Positions 46,961 through 59,975 of a stretch of DNA of 64,000 bases are shown here, piece after piece; the stretch's first letter is position 1, and each line of letters opens with the position of its first letter. Under the pieces are notes generated by a model, which saw only the letters and a program-made list of their open reading frames with translations, was not told where the DNA came from and ran no database searches. This DNA is from Octopus bimaculoides. Its lineage: Eukaryota. The stretch spans positions 81,912,049-81,976,048 of the forward strand of contig NC_068989.1 of the NCBI RefSeq assembly GCF_001194135.2. Reading direction: 5' to 3'. Position numbers and translations under genes: made by a program.

Positions 46961-48069
46961 NNNNNNNNNNNNNNNNNNNNNNNNNNNNNNNNNNNNNNNN
47001 NNNNNNNNNNNNNNNNNNNNNNNNNNNNNNNNNNNNNNNNNNNNNNNNNNNNNNNNNNNNNNNNNNNNNNNNNNNNNNNNNNNNNNNNNNNNNNNNNNNN
47101 NNNNNNNNNNNNNNNNNNNNNNNNNNNNNNNNNNNNNNNNNNNNNNNNNNNNNNNNNNNNNNNNNNNNNNNNNNNNNNNNNNNNNNNNNNNNNNNNNNNN
47201 NNNNNNNNNNNNNNNNNNNNNNNNNNNNNNNNNNNNNNNNNNNNNNNNNNNNNNNNNNNNNNNNNNNNNNNNNNNNNNNNNNNNNNNNNNNNNNNNNNNN
47301 NNNNNNNNNNNNNNNNNNNNNNNNNNNNNNNNNNNNNNNNNNNNNNNNNNNNNNNNNNNNNNNNNNNNNNNNNNNNNNNNNNNNNNNNNNNNNNNNNNNN
47401 NNNNNNNNNNNNNNNNNNNNNNNNNNNNNNNNNNNNNNNNNNNNNNNNNNNNNNNNNNNNNNNNNNNNNNNNNNNNNNNNNNNNNNNNNNNNNNNNNNNN
47501 NNNNNNNNNNNNNNNNNNNNNNNNNNNNNNNNNNNNNNNNNNNNNNNNNNNNNNNNNNNNNNNNNNNNNNNNNNNNNNNNNNNNNNNNNNNNNNNNNNNN
47601 NNNNNNNNNNNNNNNNNNNNNNNNNNNNNNNNNNNNNNNNNNNNNNNNNNNNNNNNNNNNNNNNNNNNNNNGGGGGGGGGGGGGAGAGGAAGAATAAATG
47701 AAGAACAATTAATTCATGTGGTTTTAATTGAAGCAGTCTGACCAAAATGATCCAAGTTATACAATGACCTTATTTAGGGAATAGCTACTGGCGCTTGTTG
47801 ATTTTGATAAACATACTGATGATGATGATGATGATGATGATGATACTAACCGAAACAAGGTCATAACGAGGTCATCTTATTCAAGGAGAAGCTGACTTTA
47901 TATTGGTTGGTTGTTTCAAATCTTAGGAAAGTACTGTTATTCAATCTAATCCCCACTACCAGTACTACCACCACCATCACCACTACCACCACCTCCAGCA
48001 CCACCACCTGGCATCACCGTTAATAACTTTATTAGTTCTTTACAACTGTTGTAGGTTGATAGACATATA

Positions 48070-48400
48070 ATTATGTTATTATAATTATTGTGCTATTAAA
48101 TACATACATCACTATTGCCAACATCATCATCATCATCATATTGCCAATATTGCCAATATCATCATCATCATCATCATCATCATTCTCGCTATTGCCAACA
48201 TCATCATCATCATCATTCTCGCCATTGCCAACATCATCATCATCATCATCACCACCATTGTCAATATTGTTGTCATCATAACTACTGCCATCATCATCAT
48301 CATCATTATCATCACTACCACTATTGCCATTGTCGTCATCGCCAATGTCATTGTCGTCATCATTATCAACATTGTTGTCGTCATCATCATCATCGACAGA
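48070..48400. repeat. Cryptic (CAT)n/(CAC)n trinucleotide low-complexity tract with repeated attgccaacatcatc units
   Basis: Direct reading; explains the poly-His, poly-Asp, poly-Met and poly-Ser ORFs. Confidence 0.9.
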
Positions 48401-49406
48401 ACACTGATACAAAAACCGTAAACGTCATCAGATCAAATACGAAAAGGTTAACACATGCTTCAATCTTCCTAGCTACGGTCATGCTGCAGCACCGCTTTCA
48501 TGTGTGTCGACCCATTTACAATATTCCATTGGTGGAACGGTACAAAGTGGATCATACCATTTGCATAGTTTGCAAGGGTGGAGACAAAGCTTTCACAGTT
48601 GGTTGGCAACAGGAGGCTAGAAGAGTTAAAAATGCAATAACCAAGGCATTGTCTAACATTGTTTTAACTATTAATATTTCCATTATCTAACTAGGGTTAA
48701 TACACAAATAGAAAATCAAATCTTTTGGCCTACGTGGTTAAGATGAAACACTAATGCTCTCTCTCTCTCTCTCTCTCTCACTCTATCTCTGAAAAACTGA
48801 AGTGAGCTGTTGTTTTGTTACAGCATAATAGCACCATTCCACCTGAAACAACACCACCAGAAGTAGTAGTAGTAGTGGTGGTCGTGGTGGTCGTGGTGAT
48901 GATGGTGGAACTGTGTATAACAGTTATGTCAGTGAATTGGCTGTTGCTATAGCCATGACATGTTTTGCTAGCAATGACTGTTATTTCTAGCATTGAATGG
49001 ATAATTATTAACATTCAAACACTGCTTCATATGTTGAGGGTTGGATTATATATTATATAAAAATGCAACTGTGTATGTATGCACACACACACACACACAC
49101 ACGCATTTGTGTGCGTGCTTATTTACGTATGTAGGTGAGCATGTGTGTGCTTTTGTACGCATAAGTGTTCATGTATGCAGGAGTGTGAGCATGTGCAGAT
49201 AATTGCCTGAGTATGCAGGTTTGTCTTGTCTAGGTAAGTATGTTAATGTAAATCTTGTGTCCAGATGGCATTTTATATTATAGGGGTGTGAGAGAGAGAG
49301 AGAAATAGAGATGCAAGTTTATCTTGTGTAGGCAAGTATGTTAACATAAAAAATTGTGCCCAAATGCGTAAATATGGGCACATGTATGTCACTTAATATT
49401 ATAGAG

Positions 49407-49438
<32 letters not shown>

Positions 49439-49732
49439 TAGAGTTGGAGTGTTTAGCCTTGAACACTGAAATCCTGATGAAATTTTAGGGGAACTAACTA
49501 TTGCGACAGATTGCATGCCTTGGGTAGGTTCTAAACATACCAGTGCTCATCACTCTCTGGGTCTGATACAGATCATTTGAGAGACAGGGGGTGAGGAGAA
49601 GAAAACGTCATGGTTTCATCTTAAACTCATAGGCAAAACCATTTTTGTATCATTGAAAGCATGTGTGCACATGTGTATGTGTAGGTGTTTACACATTTCA
49701 ACATATACACACAAACACACATACACACACAC

Positions 49733-49966
49733 ACGCGGTGGCCCAAAAGTAGGTTTACAGTTATTCAACTATCTCTTTCGCATTCATATATTAAGTTTAG
49801 ATCTTAATTATAAAAAAATTTGAACCCATTATTCTATGCTAATTTAGTTAATTCTGTCAAGCTCCCTTTTCAGCTTGTAAGATAGAAATTTGAATGTAAT
49901 AACATATTTTAAAAGGAATTTAAAGTGCCTACATGATAATTGTAAACCTTCTTTTGGGCCACCCTG
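49733..49966. mobile_element. Tc1/mariner MITE
   Basis: TIRs GGTGGCCCAAAAGTAGGTTTACA and TGTAAACCTTCTTTTGGGCCACC; right end followed by TA. Confidence 0.8.
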
Positions 49967-51104
49967 TATATACACATGCACATAACACATATATGGTCCA
50001 ACCCATGCTAGCATGGAAAGCGGATGTTAAACGATGATGATGATATATATATATATCTATATACACACATATACACACACATACATTTTCTATATATCTA
50101 TTCAGGCAACTGAATGATGCTTTCTACTATAAGCGCAAGGCCTGGAATTTGGAGGGAGGGTTGGCAGCCAGTTGATTACATCAACCCAAATGTTTAACTG
50201 ATACTTATTTCAGCGACCCCATAAAGATGAAAAGTAAAGTCAACCTTGGCCGTATTTGAACTCAAGACATAGAGACACATGAAATGCTACTAAGCATTTT
50301 GTTTGGCATACTGATGATGATACCAGTTTGCTGCCTGAGGGAAGCTGAATAATAAATATTTATTCTTTAATATAAAATCATGAAAATAAGGAAAATGATT
50401 GCTTCACTTCAACACGTGATCTGTATTTTATGAATTTTGATAAACATACGACGGTTTATTTGGTGCGCATGTAACCCCTAACTTGAGAACCTTTGCCTTA
50501 TGTTACCATATATAGACAAAAATAATTGAGATATAATCTTTAATCACACTCTCCTCCTCTTACACACACACATGGACATAAAGAAACACAAGCGTAAGCT
50601 GATTTAAAGACGAATATGTAAGATGTTGTCATGGTTACACACGGCCTTGTTCTCTCCAGTCTGTGTGTCAGCTAAACAAAGTGAAACAAGTAGGTGACCA
50701 ACATCAAGTGACAAGTAGGTCTGTTGCTCTCCTTTAGTTGCTGCCATTGAAGGAGATTCAACAAGCAACTCTTAGACAATAAGGAAACACTGCTCTTTTG
50801 ACCGTTTCCTGAGACCATCTTCAGTGACCAGGTGGGTGGTGGTGGTGGAGGTGATGGAACGAGTAATGGAGTAATGGAGTATGAGGCTGTGTTAATTAAA
50901 ACTTCAAACTAACCAGTAAATTTGAAACCATTCAGAAGGTAAGGGCCAGTCTGACCTTGGTGATGGAGAGAGGTCAGATTTCAAAGTAAAGCAATCAGCT
51001 TTTCCTCAATACAAGGAATGATCTTCCTATATGTAGCATTACCTTTCAGGTACAGAGATGACCACATTGTATTACATATATAACTATTCTGTACAACACT
51101 ACAA

Positions 51105-51135
<31 letters not shown>

Positions 51136-54100
51136 GTATACATACAAACATATATATCGTCAGTGGATCATATATCTGGAAAAGAAGCACACTCTAAAAT
51201 AGTGATTCCCAAAGTGGGCGGTACTGACCCCTTAATCACTCGCTTTCTTTATTCAAAATTCGGACAGAACTTACGGATGACCTGATATGTATGTATATAT
51301 ATATATGTAGATATCTAAATCTGTGTGTGCATGTATGTGTGTGTTGCTTTATGCCTGTTTTGTCTCCTATCACCACTAAACAACTGATGGATGTTGGTGT
51401 GTTAACACTCTCCATAACCTAACGGTTCAGCAAAAAAGATTGAGAGAATAGGTACCTGGCTTCAAAATTATTAGTACTGAGGTTAATTTGCTTAACTAAA
51501 ATTCTTGAAGGCAGTGCCCCTGCATGGCCACAGTCTAAGTGGCTGAAACAAGTAAAAGATAAAGAATATTATGCTGTATTATTCACTATTCACATGTTAC
51601 AGACTACTCGCAATACACTATACAAAACTCTATAGTATATATTACATTATACAATAATATTTACACTGTATTATACTATGTTATAAACTGTATAATTTAC
51701 ACACAGTCATACACTAACCCTGTCTACAATATATGCTTAGATTTTAGCTAGGCAAGAAGTTCCAATAATGAGAGACTGAAGAGTGAAATAAATATCATAT
51801 TGCCCTGTTTAGGCTGATATTAGAGCAAAAACATCATGTTCAGAAGAAATAAAAGAAATATTACGTAGGTATTTTAATAACAACCACATGTGGTTTACTG
51901 GCATGTGTGGGTGTATATATGTACTCTGTATGTGTATGTGTACACAGTGTGTTGTATATACATGTGTTGGTTATTTATAAAACAAAGTCTTAGATTGAAG
52001 TCTACAGACATTTATACCATTTCAGTCCTACACAAACAGACCTAGTTATAAAGAGGCAGTGATCACTGCAGCTAAGTGGGTGAGGTTTTGAGGCTTGGGC
52101 TGTCGAGCAGAGGTAGATGGGTTCAGAACCATGCAATGACTCATTGGTGAGAGCAAAGAAAATAAGAAAGGAGAACAGTGTAGTTTCACTAGAGATGTTA
52201 AAAGTATGAAGGTTGTTCATCTGGTTACAATGATATGTTTTGGTAAGTCAGGCGTAACAGACGAAGTTTGAGAATTACACAACCATAGCTATATCTAGGT
52301 ATGCACATGTATGTACAAAAAGACAGAGGGTGGATGAGAGCTGTATAAAGGTGGAGAGGCACCTAAGCTGGTGGTGTAGATGAAATTTCTTTGTCTAAAC
52401 GGTGTCCAGTGGATGTAGCAAATAAACTGAAAATATCAGAACTACTAACAATGTAGATATTGCAAGTTCAAGTTTTTAGGCTCTCATTCCAATTATGACC
52501 ATCCTAACTCTCAAAGCTGATCCTTATAACTAGATAATATATTAATATTATAACTAAATATTAATCTTGTCTGCTCCTCATTAAACTTGTTCATGCCACT
52601 GTAAAATCTATACAATAACTTTCATTATATCCACCCACTTGTTTTGGAATCAATAATTGTAAATATTAATGATTATTGAAATGACAAAGGTCCTGATTAA
52701 AGTGACTGACAAATTAATCACTCGTAACTGAGCCATCCTTAGGAAGTTTAATTACACAAGGGCAAGATGGACAGCATGAAAGATGAATGTTTGCTGTCAA
52801 TTTGTCTATTGTACAGCTTGACCACTGTGGTAAAAGTTAGGCAATGAAGAGGAGTTCATTGCATCAAAACTTACAGTAATGAAGCTGGTACACTGACTGA
52901 CGGAAGTGATACAGTTTGTAAAAGAAAAAATAAGTTTGGGTACTATGAAGAAATAGGAGTTTTGAGAAGAATTTTTACAAATTATATTTTTTGCTGTTAA
53001 CGACCTTAACCAGTTTTCTTGGACTTTATTTTGTTTTTGCCTGCTTAAACTGACAAAATAACTGTAGTATGAAGAGTTAGACCAGAGAATATATAAATAA
53101 TAATAGGTTCATATCTAGAGACATTGATTGAGTCGTATGATTGAGATGACACAAGATTAAGACAAGCAAGGTTATACTCTATGAAAGCTATGGTAATATA
53201 CAGAAATATATATATATATATTCAAAGTGAAAATACTCTTTTAAAATCGAAATGTTAGGAGAACTAGGTTAAGTCTTGTATGATAGCTCAAGTAATTTAT
53301 TATGTTGGGGGAGTGATTGTATCACTGCCTTATCTACACCAATCTGTCACACACACTTTCATCACGTTTCTCAATAATTTTCTTCTACACACTTGAACTC
53401 TTCCAGAACTTTCTTCCTATATATCCTATCAGATCATTAATCAACAATAATTCAAATAGAATACTAAACTTGAAGTTTAATCTAAAATGGTTTGACAAAA
53501 AGGAGGAAAGAAAAGATTTAAAGCAAGTCCTAGCAGTCCAGTGGAAAGACCTTGCATTAGAAAGTTAGACCTGTTAAATGAAAACCCACACCATAATAGA
53601 TTGTTATGTAACTATTCTAACACTGGTGTGTCCAGAACTATATAAATGTAAGGTCAATGGTAAGGTCAAGCTGTTTGGTGACACACCCTGAGTTAATTCA
53701 CAAACAACATTGTACAACAAATAATAAAAGTTGTTCATCAAATTTCATTCAGAGACACATGAGAAATACACTTCACTTCCAGGTTGTGTGATATTTATGT
53801 CGACTTTTAAAATAATCTGGGTCAGCTTAGGATGTTTCCAAGGTTTAAGATTTAAATAAGGTTTAACATTTTTATGTGCAATTATATTGAAATATAATCT
53901 GGAATTGAGAACCAAGATGTTATTTTTTTTTTTAGTAGGCAAGAAGAGAACAACACATTTATCTTCTATTAAGCTGGTTCATGCTGTAGATTCTTTGATA
54001 TGGGATATATCATTATAATGCAGGATGTATCATGGTGGTTTTTCTGACAGAACCTCAACACTATGGCTGACCAAAGTTCAACAAAGAGATTATCTCGGAT

Positions 54101-55414
54101 GAGAAAGAAATATGCTCTTACGATTAGAACAATTAAAGTAAGTTGTGTCCCACAGGGAAGGGCCCTGCCCATCACCTACTGGCAGAAAACTGCCCCAATT
54201 CTGTTGGTGGGAAATATATTAAGAGTTGAATGCTAGGGTATATCTATCTGTCTGTGTCTGATATGTGCACACACATACACACACACACTTATACAGACAC
54301 TAGTATTATATACATGTGACACATATCAGTATGATCAAGGATTTATAACAATTTATAACTGTCTCTTTGTCTATCACACAGGTGGTGGAGTGGTAGTGGT
54401 TGTAGTAATGGGGGTGGTAAGGGTGGCAGTGCTTTTCTTCCTGCCTGTGTGTAGTAGTTTCAGTCTATGCAATCTGAATCCATTCTTTAGGCTTGGAAGT
54501 TTAACCATAATGGCTCAACAGGCTAAGATGGCAGCAGTGATCAGAAAGTTGCAAATTTTACATTGGAGAGACCTTCTCTTAGACGAATTGTCTTATAAGA
54601 CTAGAGAGCCCCACCTATCCTGGAGTTACCAGAAAGGGGTCAAAGAGATTACCAGACTTCTTGAGAGACTCCACTCCTTTATTTGCTTTTGAGGTTGACT
54701 CCCTTAGAGTTTCTTCCATAACACGCTAACTAACACACAGGTGGAACCTTGACAGGTGTTACTACTCTAGGCCAGGGTAGAACCAGGAATTCCCACTACC
54801 AGACGTGGTTTAAAGTCAGACCTTTCTACACTCTTGAAATATCATATTACTTTGATGCAGGTGTTGAGCAGACAGGATGTGGAATATTAATGAACCATGG
54901 GGTGGGGTGTAGAATACGTTTAGTGTACAATAAGACATATAAGCTTTGTGGAGTTGGCTGAGGACACCTGTTGAGGTTGTCAACCTACAAAGAAGTCTTA
55001 TCAGTCTCAATACTCCTGTAAAGGTGAGAAAATAATGGAATTTATCATAACTTGGTTGAATAAATAATTGATGCCTAATTAATTCTATTCAAATATTGGT
55101 TTGATTTATTCCAGTCTATTTGGTTTTGACTGGTATATTAACATGAACAGAAATGGTGATGATATTGGTAATTAATTGCTGGGACACCATATTTTGTTAT
55201 GCAACCGTAATATACCACCAAGTGTATTAAAGGCTTGTAAGTCGATATTGTGCCTCACCTGCGTTAGCATTGCTATTAATCCTCTTTTTAAAGTTATCTC
55301 TACAGATATTCTATAAAAATTAGGGCCAGCACTGATTTGTTACAATGTCTTGTACTCAGATATGTCTATGCAAAGAATGTAACTGAAGATAAAAAAATAT
55401 CTACTAAGGTGGTT

Positions 55415-55615
55415 ACTGGGAGACTGTACAGTGATGAGGCTAGAAGTAGACACTGTTTAGTGATGTGATTTAGAGGGAGACAATGTCTGGTGATGTAACA
55501 GGAAGGAGACCATATCTAGAGATATGACTACAGGGAGACCATGTCTAGTGATGCAGCTAGGGAAAGCCCATACCTTGAAATGTGACTAAAGAAAGATCTT
55601 GCCAAGAGATGTGGT
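55415..55615. repeat. Degenerate ~26-bp minisatellite (gggagaccatgtctagtgatgtgact-like)
   Basis: About six recognisable units. Confidence 0.65.
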
Positions 55616-56109
55616 ACAGCACAGACAGTTTCAAATTCAATACAGCAATGTTTTCTTTCATTGTGTCTTACTTTTGATGCTAGGGTAGGATCCACGTATT
55701 GGGGTTAAGTTGAAAATGCAACCCTCAATCTAATATGGTGCAGACCGCATGTATTCAGTATATCTGTATAACTGAAGCATACTTGTGATATCTCTGACTA
55801 AGATATGTCTCAGCCAGAAACTAGTTGATGTTTTAGCTCAATCAGGAAATGGTTTTAGAAATAGCAAATGATGGAGAACTTGTAAAATTAGTTGGCATCT
55901 TTGCTTGTTGTCTTTATATATGCAAAAGTGTATGTGTGTATGTGTATGTATGTATATGAATGGTAGTAGGACAATGGTGAATTACAAAAAGGTGAAAGAG
56001 AGTACTCAATACTGTTAAATAGAGCAGAATAATATTTATTCAAAGTTGAGTTTATATAAGAACAAAGTTGTGTGTGCATGAGTGTATAGAGGTATATAAG
56101 AACAATGAT

Positions 56110-56158
<49 letters not shown>

Positions 56159-56626
56159 AGATATTAAAACTGATTCCATTTACTTCCTGTTCCATTTCAA
56201 ACATTTCTTACATTTTAGAGACGAAGGAATTGTATTGAGAGAAAGACTAAGTGTGTTTCGTTTCTAAGAAGCCATGACATCATCACCACCACATCACTAC
56301 ATGACTACATCACACTATGGCTGCCTCCACCACCCACCACCATTACCACCACCACAACAACAACAGAAACAGTCTAAGTCATTCATGAGGACACAGTCAT
56401 TTCTTAAAAGGAAGAACTCGGTGAAAGTTTCAACGAAATAAAAACAAGACTGTTTTATAATTTTGGCTGTAAAAATACAAAATAGATTATAGAGGCGTTG
56501 TTGTTGGAGGTGGGTTGCGAGAGCTGGTATGCTTCTCTGAAAGAGAGAAGGAATTCTACCGAAATAATACGGTGATAGTTATAGAAGTTTCATCTTTCTA
56601 GTCTTTCTGAAGTGGTAGGACAACAG

Positions 56627-56712
<86 letters not shown>

Positions 56713-57501
56713 ACTGGGGAGAAAGACAGCTGCTAAAGCAGTTATGGTGATGATGATGATGATGATGATGAAAGTTAGCAAGGACAAAAACAGCAGCAGG
56801 AGCAGCAACAAGGTCAAGGAACAGAAGCATTAAATAATCCAAGTGGGAAGAGAGCGGAAGAGGAAGAAGGATTGGGGATGTTGCAGGGATAGACGTAATA
56901 ATAAGGAAATAATTGTTGTGTGTGTGTGTGGGGGNNNNNNNNNNGGGGGGGGTTGGATTGGAGTGGACAGCAGAGTCAGTGGCAGGAGTAGGGAGTGATG
57001 GAAAAATCTATTTAGATACAGATAAAAGGTAATTATATCAATATGGTATGATGATGAGATAGAGGGAAAGAAAGGGAGATGAGAGAGAGAGATAGGGGGA
57101 TGATGATGATGAAAGAGACTTGAGGGAGAGGTAGAGATAAAAGATCAACAGGCAGATAGAAAGGGTGTGTAGGTAACCATAGCAATAATAGACACTTGGA
57201 TAAAAGAGCAACAGTCTGGTAGTGCACATCAAACATGTTTTATGTGTGCAGTTGATGGGCAGTTGATGAGTGACATGTTGACAGAGTGGCCTTGGCGACG
57301 TGAGTGTGAGTGTGAGTGTGTGTGTGTGTGTGTGAGTGCTAGAATCAAGTTTGAGTAAGAATGGTAGTAGGGATTAGCGTAGCCATAACTGGAGTCAAGA
57401 ATGATGAGATAGAAATGAGGAATCTACTCCCTTATTTTATCTTATCTCCCACCCAATGGGTTACATAACGTCTTGTCAGACAGGGAGGGGTGGTGGGGGG
57501 A

Positions 57502-57535
<34 letters not shown>

Positions 57536-59123
57536 GGGCAATTAGGGAGTAGCCTACTCCTACATGCTACAAAATCAGCAGACAGAAAGGGTTGGCAGAG
57601 AAGAATTCTGTCAAAGACAGGAGGAAGTTGGTAAAACAAGGAATTCCCCTGTCACAAACATTACTATATCCTGCTAGACATAACTTTCCAAATGCCAGTC
57701 TACACACACACACACATGTATGTAACCATCCCATATTATCAGCAATAGATTTAGAATTACAGAATGTAGTGGTACTCATACATCTTCCATTGTTACTAAT
57801 TGAAGAAGTACAAATAAATTTACTTTTTGTCAGAGAATAGTCACTTGTCATCGCAAGAGAGAGAAAGAGAGAGAGAGAAAGAGAGTATATTGTTCTCTCT
57901 ACACACATACATACATGCATATACACACATATACCTATACACATGTTATCATCACCGTAATCATCATTTTACATCTGCTTTTCATGCAGACAGGAATTGG
58001 ATGATTTGACAAAATCCAAAAGCTGGAGAAGTGCATCATGTACTAATATCTCTATTTTGGCACAGTTTCTACAGCTGGATGCCATTCCTAATGCCAGCTA
58101 TTTTACAGGGTGTACTGGGTGCTTTTTCTGATAGCATCAGCACTTGTGAGGTTGCCTCACAACCTGCAAGAGTAAAAAGCATAAATATGGAATGGAGAGG
58201 GGAGTGGGTACAGTGTTTCAGGTTAGTGAGAAAGGGAGGGGCAATGTAGCAAAGGTGATAAGGTGGGTTGTGTAGTTGGGATCCAGTGATATCTTGCATT
58301 ATGGTCAAGGTGGGTGGAAGGTATGAGGGGAAGGAGAGATGAAAAAGAGAAATAGATGTGGGTGATGATATTGAAAGAAAGGGAGGCATGGGATGGAAGG
58401 ATGAATAGATGGATGGATACACACCTACATACATATATCATTAAATGTACACAGTATTAAAATAAGAGCTACTAATGGTTTCTTGCCATTTAGATATGTG
58501 GTTAGGCAGATTTTTATCATATACCTTGTGCCACCAAGCACTCTTCAGGCTCTGAGTACATGGTTTGTTCTATTTGAAAACACACACACACACACACATT
58601 TAAATACATAGCTGTATGATTAAGAAGCTCAATCACTTTGTAATCAGATGGTTTCAGGTTCAAATTGAATAGGTTGTACTTTGAGCAAATGTCATCTATT
58701 GGACCCTTGAGTTGACCAATGTCCATACATACACCGTCATTATTTAATGTCCATGTTCCATGCTGGCATGTGATGGATGGTTTCGTAGGATCTGAGGAGT
58801 ACAAGGACTATTGCAATCCAGTGTCTGCTTTGGCATGGTTTCTATGATTTGATGCCCTTCCCAATGTCAGCCACCTTACTGCATGAATCGGGTGCTTTTA
58901 TCCATGCAGTTTGCTAGACCACAAACACTGAGGGAGTGGGGTGGATTTATGCAAGGGAGATAAGGGGTTAAAACATGAGAGAAGTGGGTACAGGTTCTTG
59001 TAGAGGAGCTGCATGGCTACTCAAATTGAGAAAAGAGGAGCCATAGGCTGAGCAAAGTTTTCTGAGTCAATTGGTAGACAGAAACTGAAAGAAGCTCATC
59101 GAATATATATATATATATATGTA

Positions 59124-59339
59124 TGAGGGGGTGCTGAAAGTTCCTGGCTTTGGGTAAAAGAAAATACAGGAGGAGCAGTTAATTAAGGATTTTATTCAAC
59201 GCATTTCCCTCTCAGATTCACACACTTATTGCAGCGGTCCTTCAGATTTTCTAAGCTCTGTAAAAGAAGTCGGAAGGTTGCACCTCCAACTAGGTCTTTT
59301 GTGATACCCTTGAAGCCAGGAACTCTTTAACAACCCTTG
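59124..59339. mobile_element. mariner MITE with TA target-site duplication
   Basis: TA|TGAGGGGGTGCTGAAAGTTCCTGGCTT ... AAGCCAGGAACTCTTTAACAACCCTTG|TA. Confidence 0.8.
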
Positions 59340-59609
59340 TATATAGATGTAACTATGTTTGTATATGTATGTGTGTGTGTGTGTGTGTATACCTTTGTCT
59401 TGGTACCATTGACAGTTGTAAATAAGCAACACCATCATACAAGTAATATTCATTTCCAGTTTTCCATGGAAAACATGTCTGGTTATGGGAAATATTACCT
59501 TCTCTTGGAAACAGATAAGTATTAGTTACAGGAACAGTATCTGGCTGTAGAAAGCCTACCTCAACAAATTATATGTATATATTGTACATAATATATATCT
59601 ATTCGGTTC

Positions 59610-59975
59610 TAAATGCAGAGAATATGTGAAGACTAGACAGGAATGAAGCTAGTGTGCTCTGTTGGGTGTGCAATGTCAGTGTGCATGTGTGATCAAGTGC
59701 TATGGTAGTGAGAGAAAAATTGAGCATAAAAGCAATCAAATGTAGTGTGCAAGAGAGGAGACTGTGCTGATTTAGTCATATGATGCACATGGATGAGAAC
59801 AGCTGTATAAAGAAATACCAGTTGCTTAAAGTGGATGGAACTTGTGGGAAACATGGGATGAAATAACGAAGGCTGATCTCACGATGTTGAGCTTTACAGA
59901 TGAGATGACAAAGGACTGAGAGGATTGATGATTCACTATACTTGAAAAGATCTGTCCATCACAGCAACATATGAT
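59610..59975 (+). pseudogene. Degenerate RTE LINE ORF2 C-terminus
   Basis: CSVQERRLC*FSHMMHMDENSCIKKYQLLKVDGTCG...ADLTMLSFTDEMTKD; same family as the DRDLW..AV.EK end at 2170-2238. Confidence 0.7.

Larger units (their letters stand above)
10892..56944. other. Assembly gaps (N runs) at 10892-10901, 25014-25710, 46961-47671 and 56935-56944
   Basis: Direct reading; exons could be hidden in the two ~700-nt gaps. Confidence 0.98.

Noticed and set aside
46809-47745. Long ORFs (266-310 aa) in the ORF track
   Set aside because: N gap plus (TA)n and poly-G flanks.
48071-48690. His-rich 191-aa ORF and Asp-, Met- or Ser-rich ORFs
   Set aside because: Products of a CAT/CAC trinucleotide tract, with no splice or homology support.
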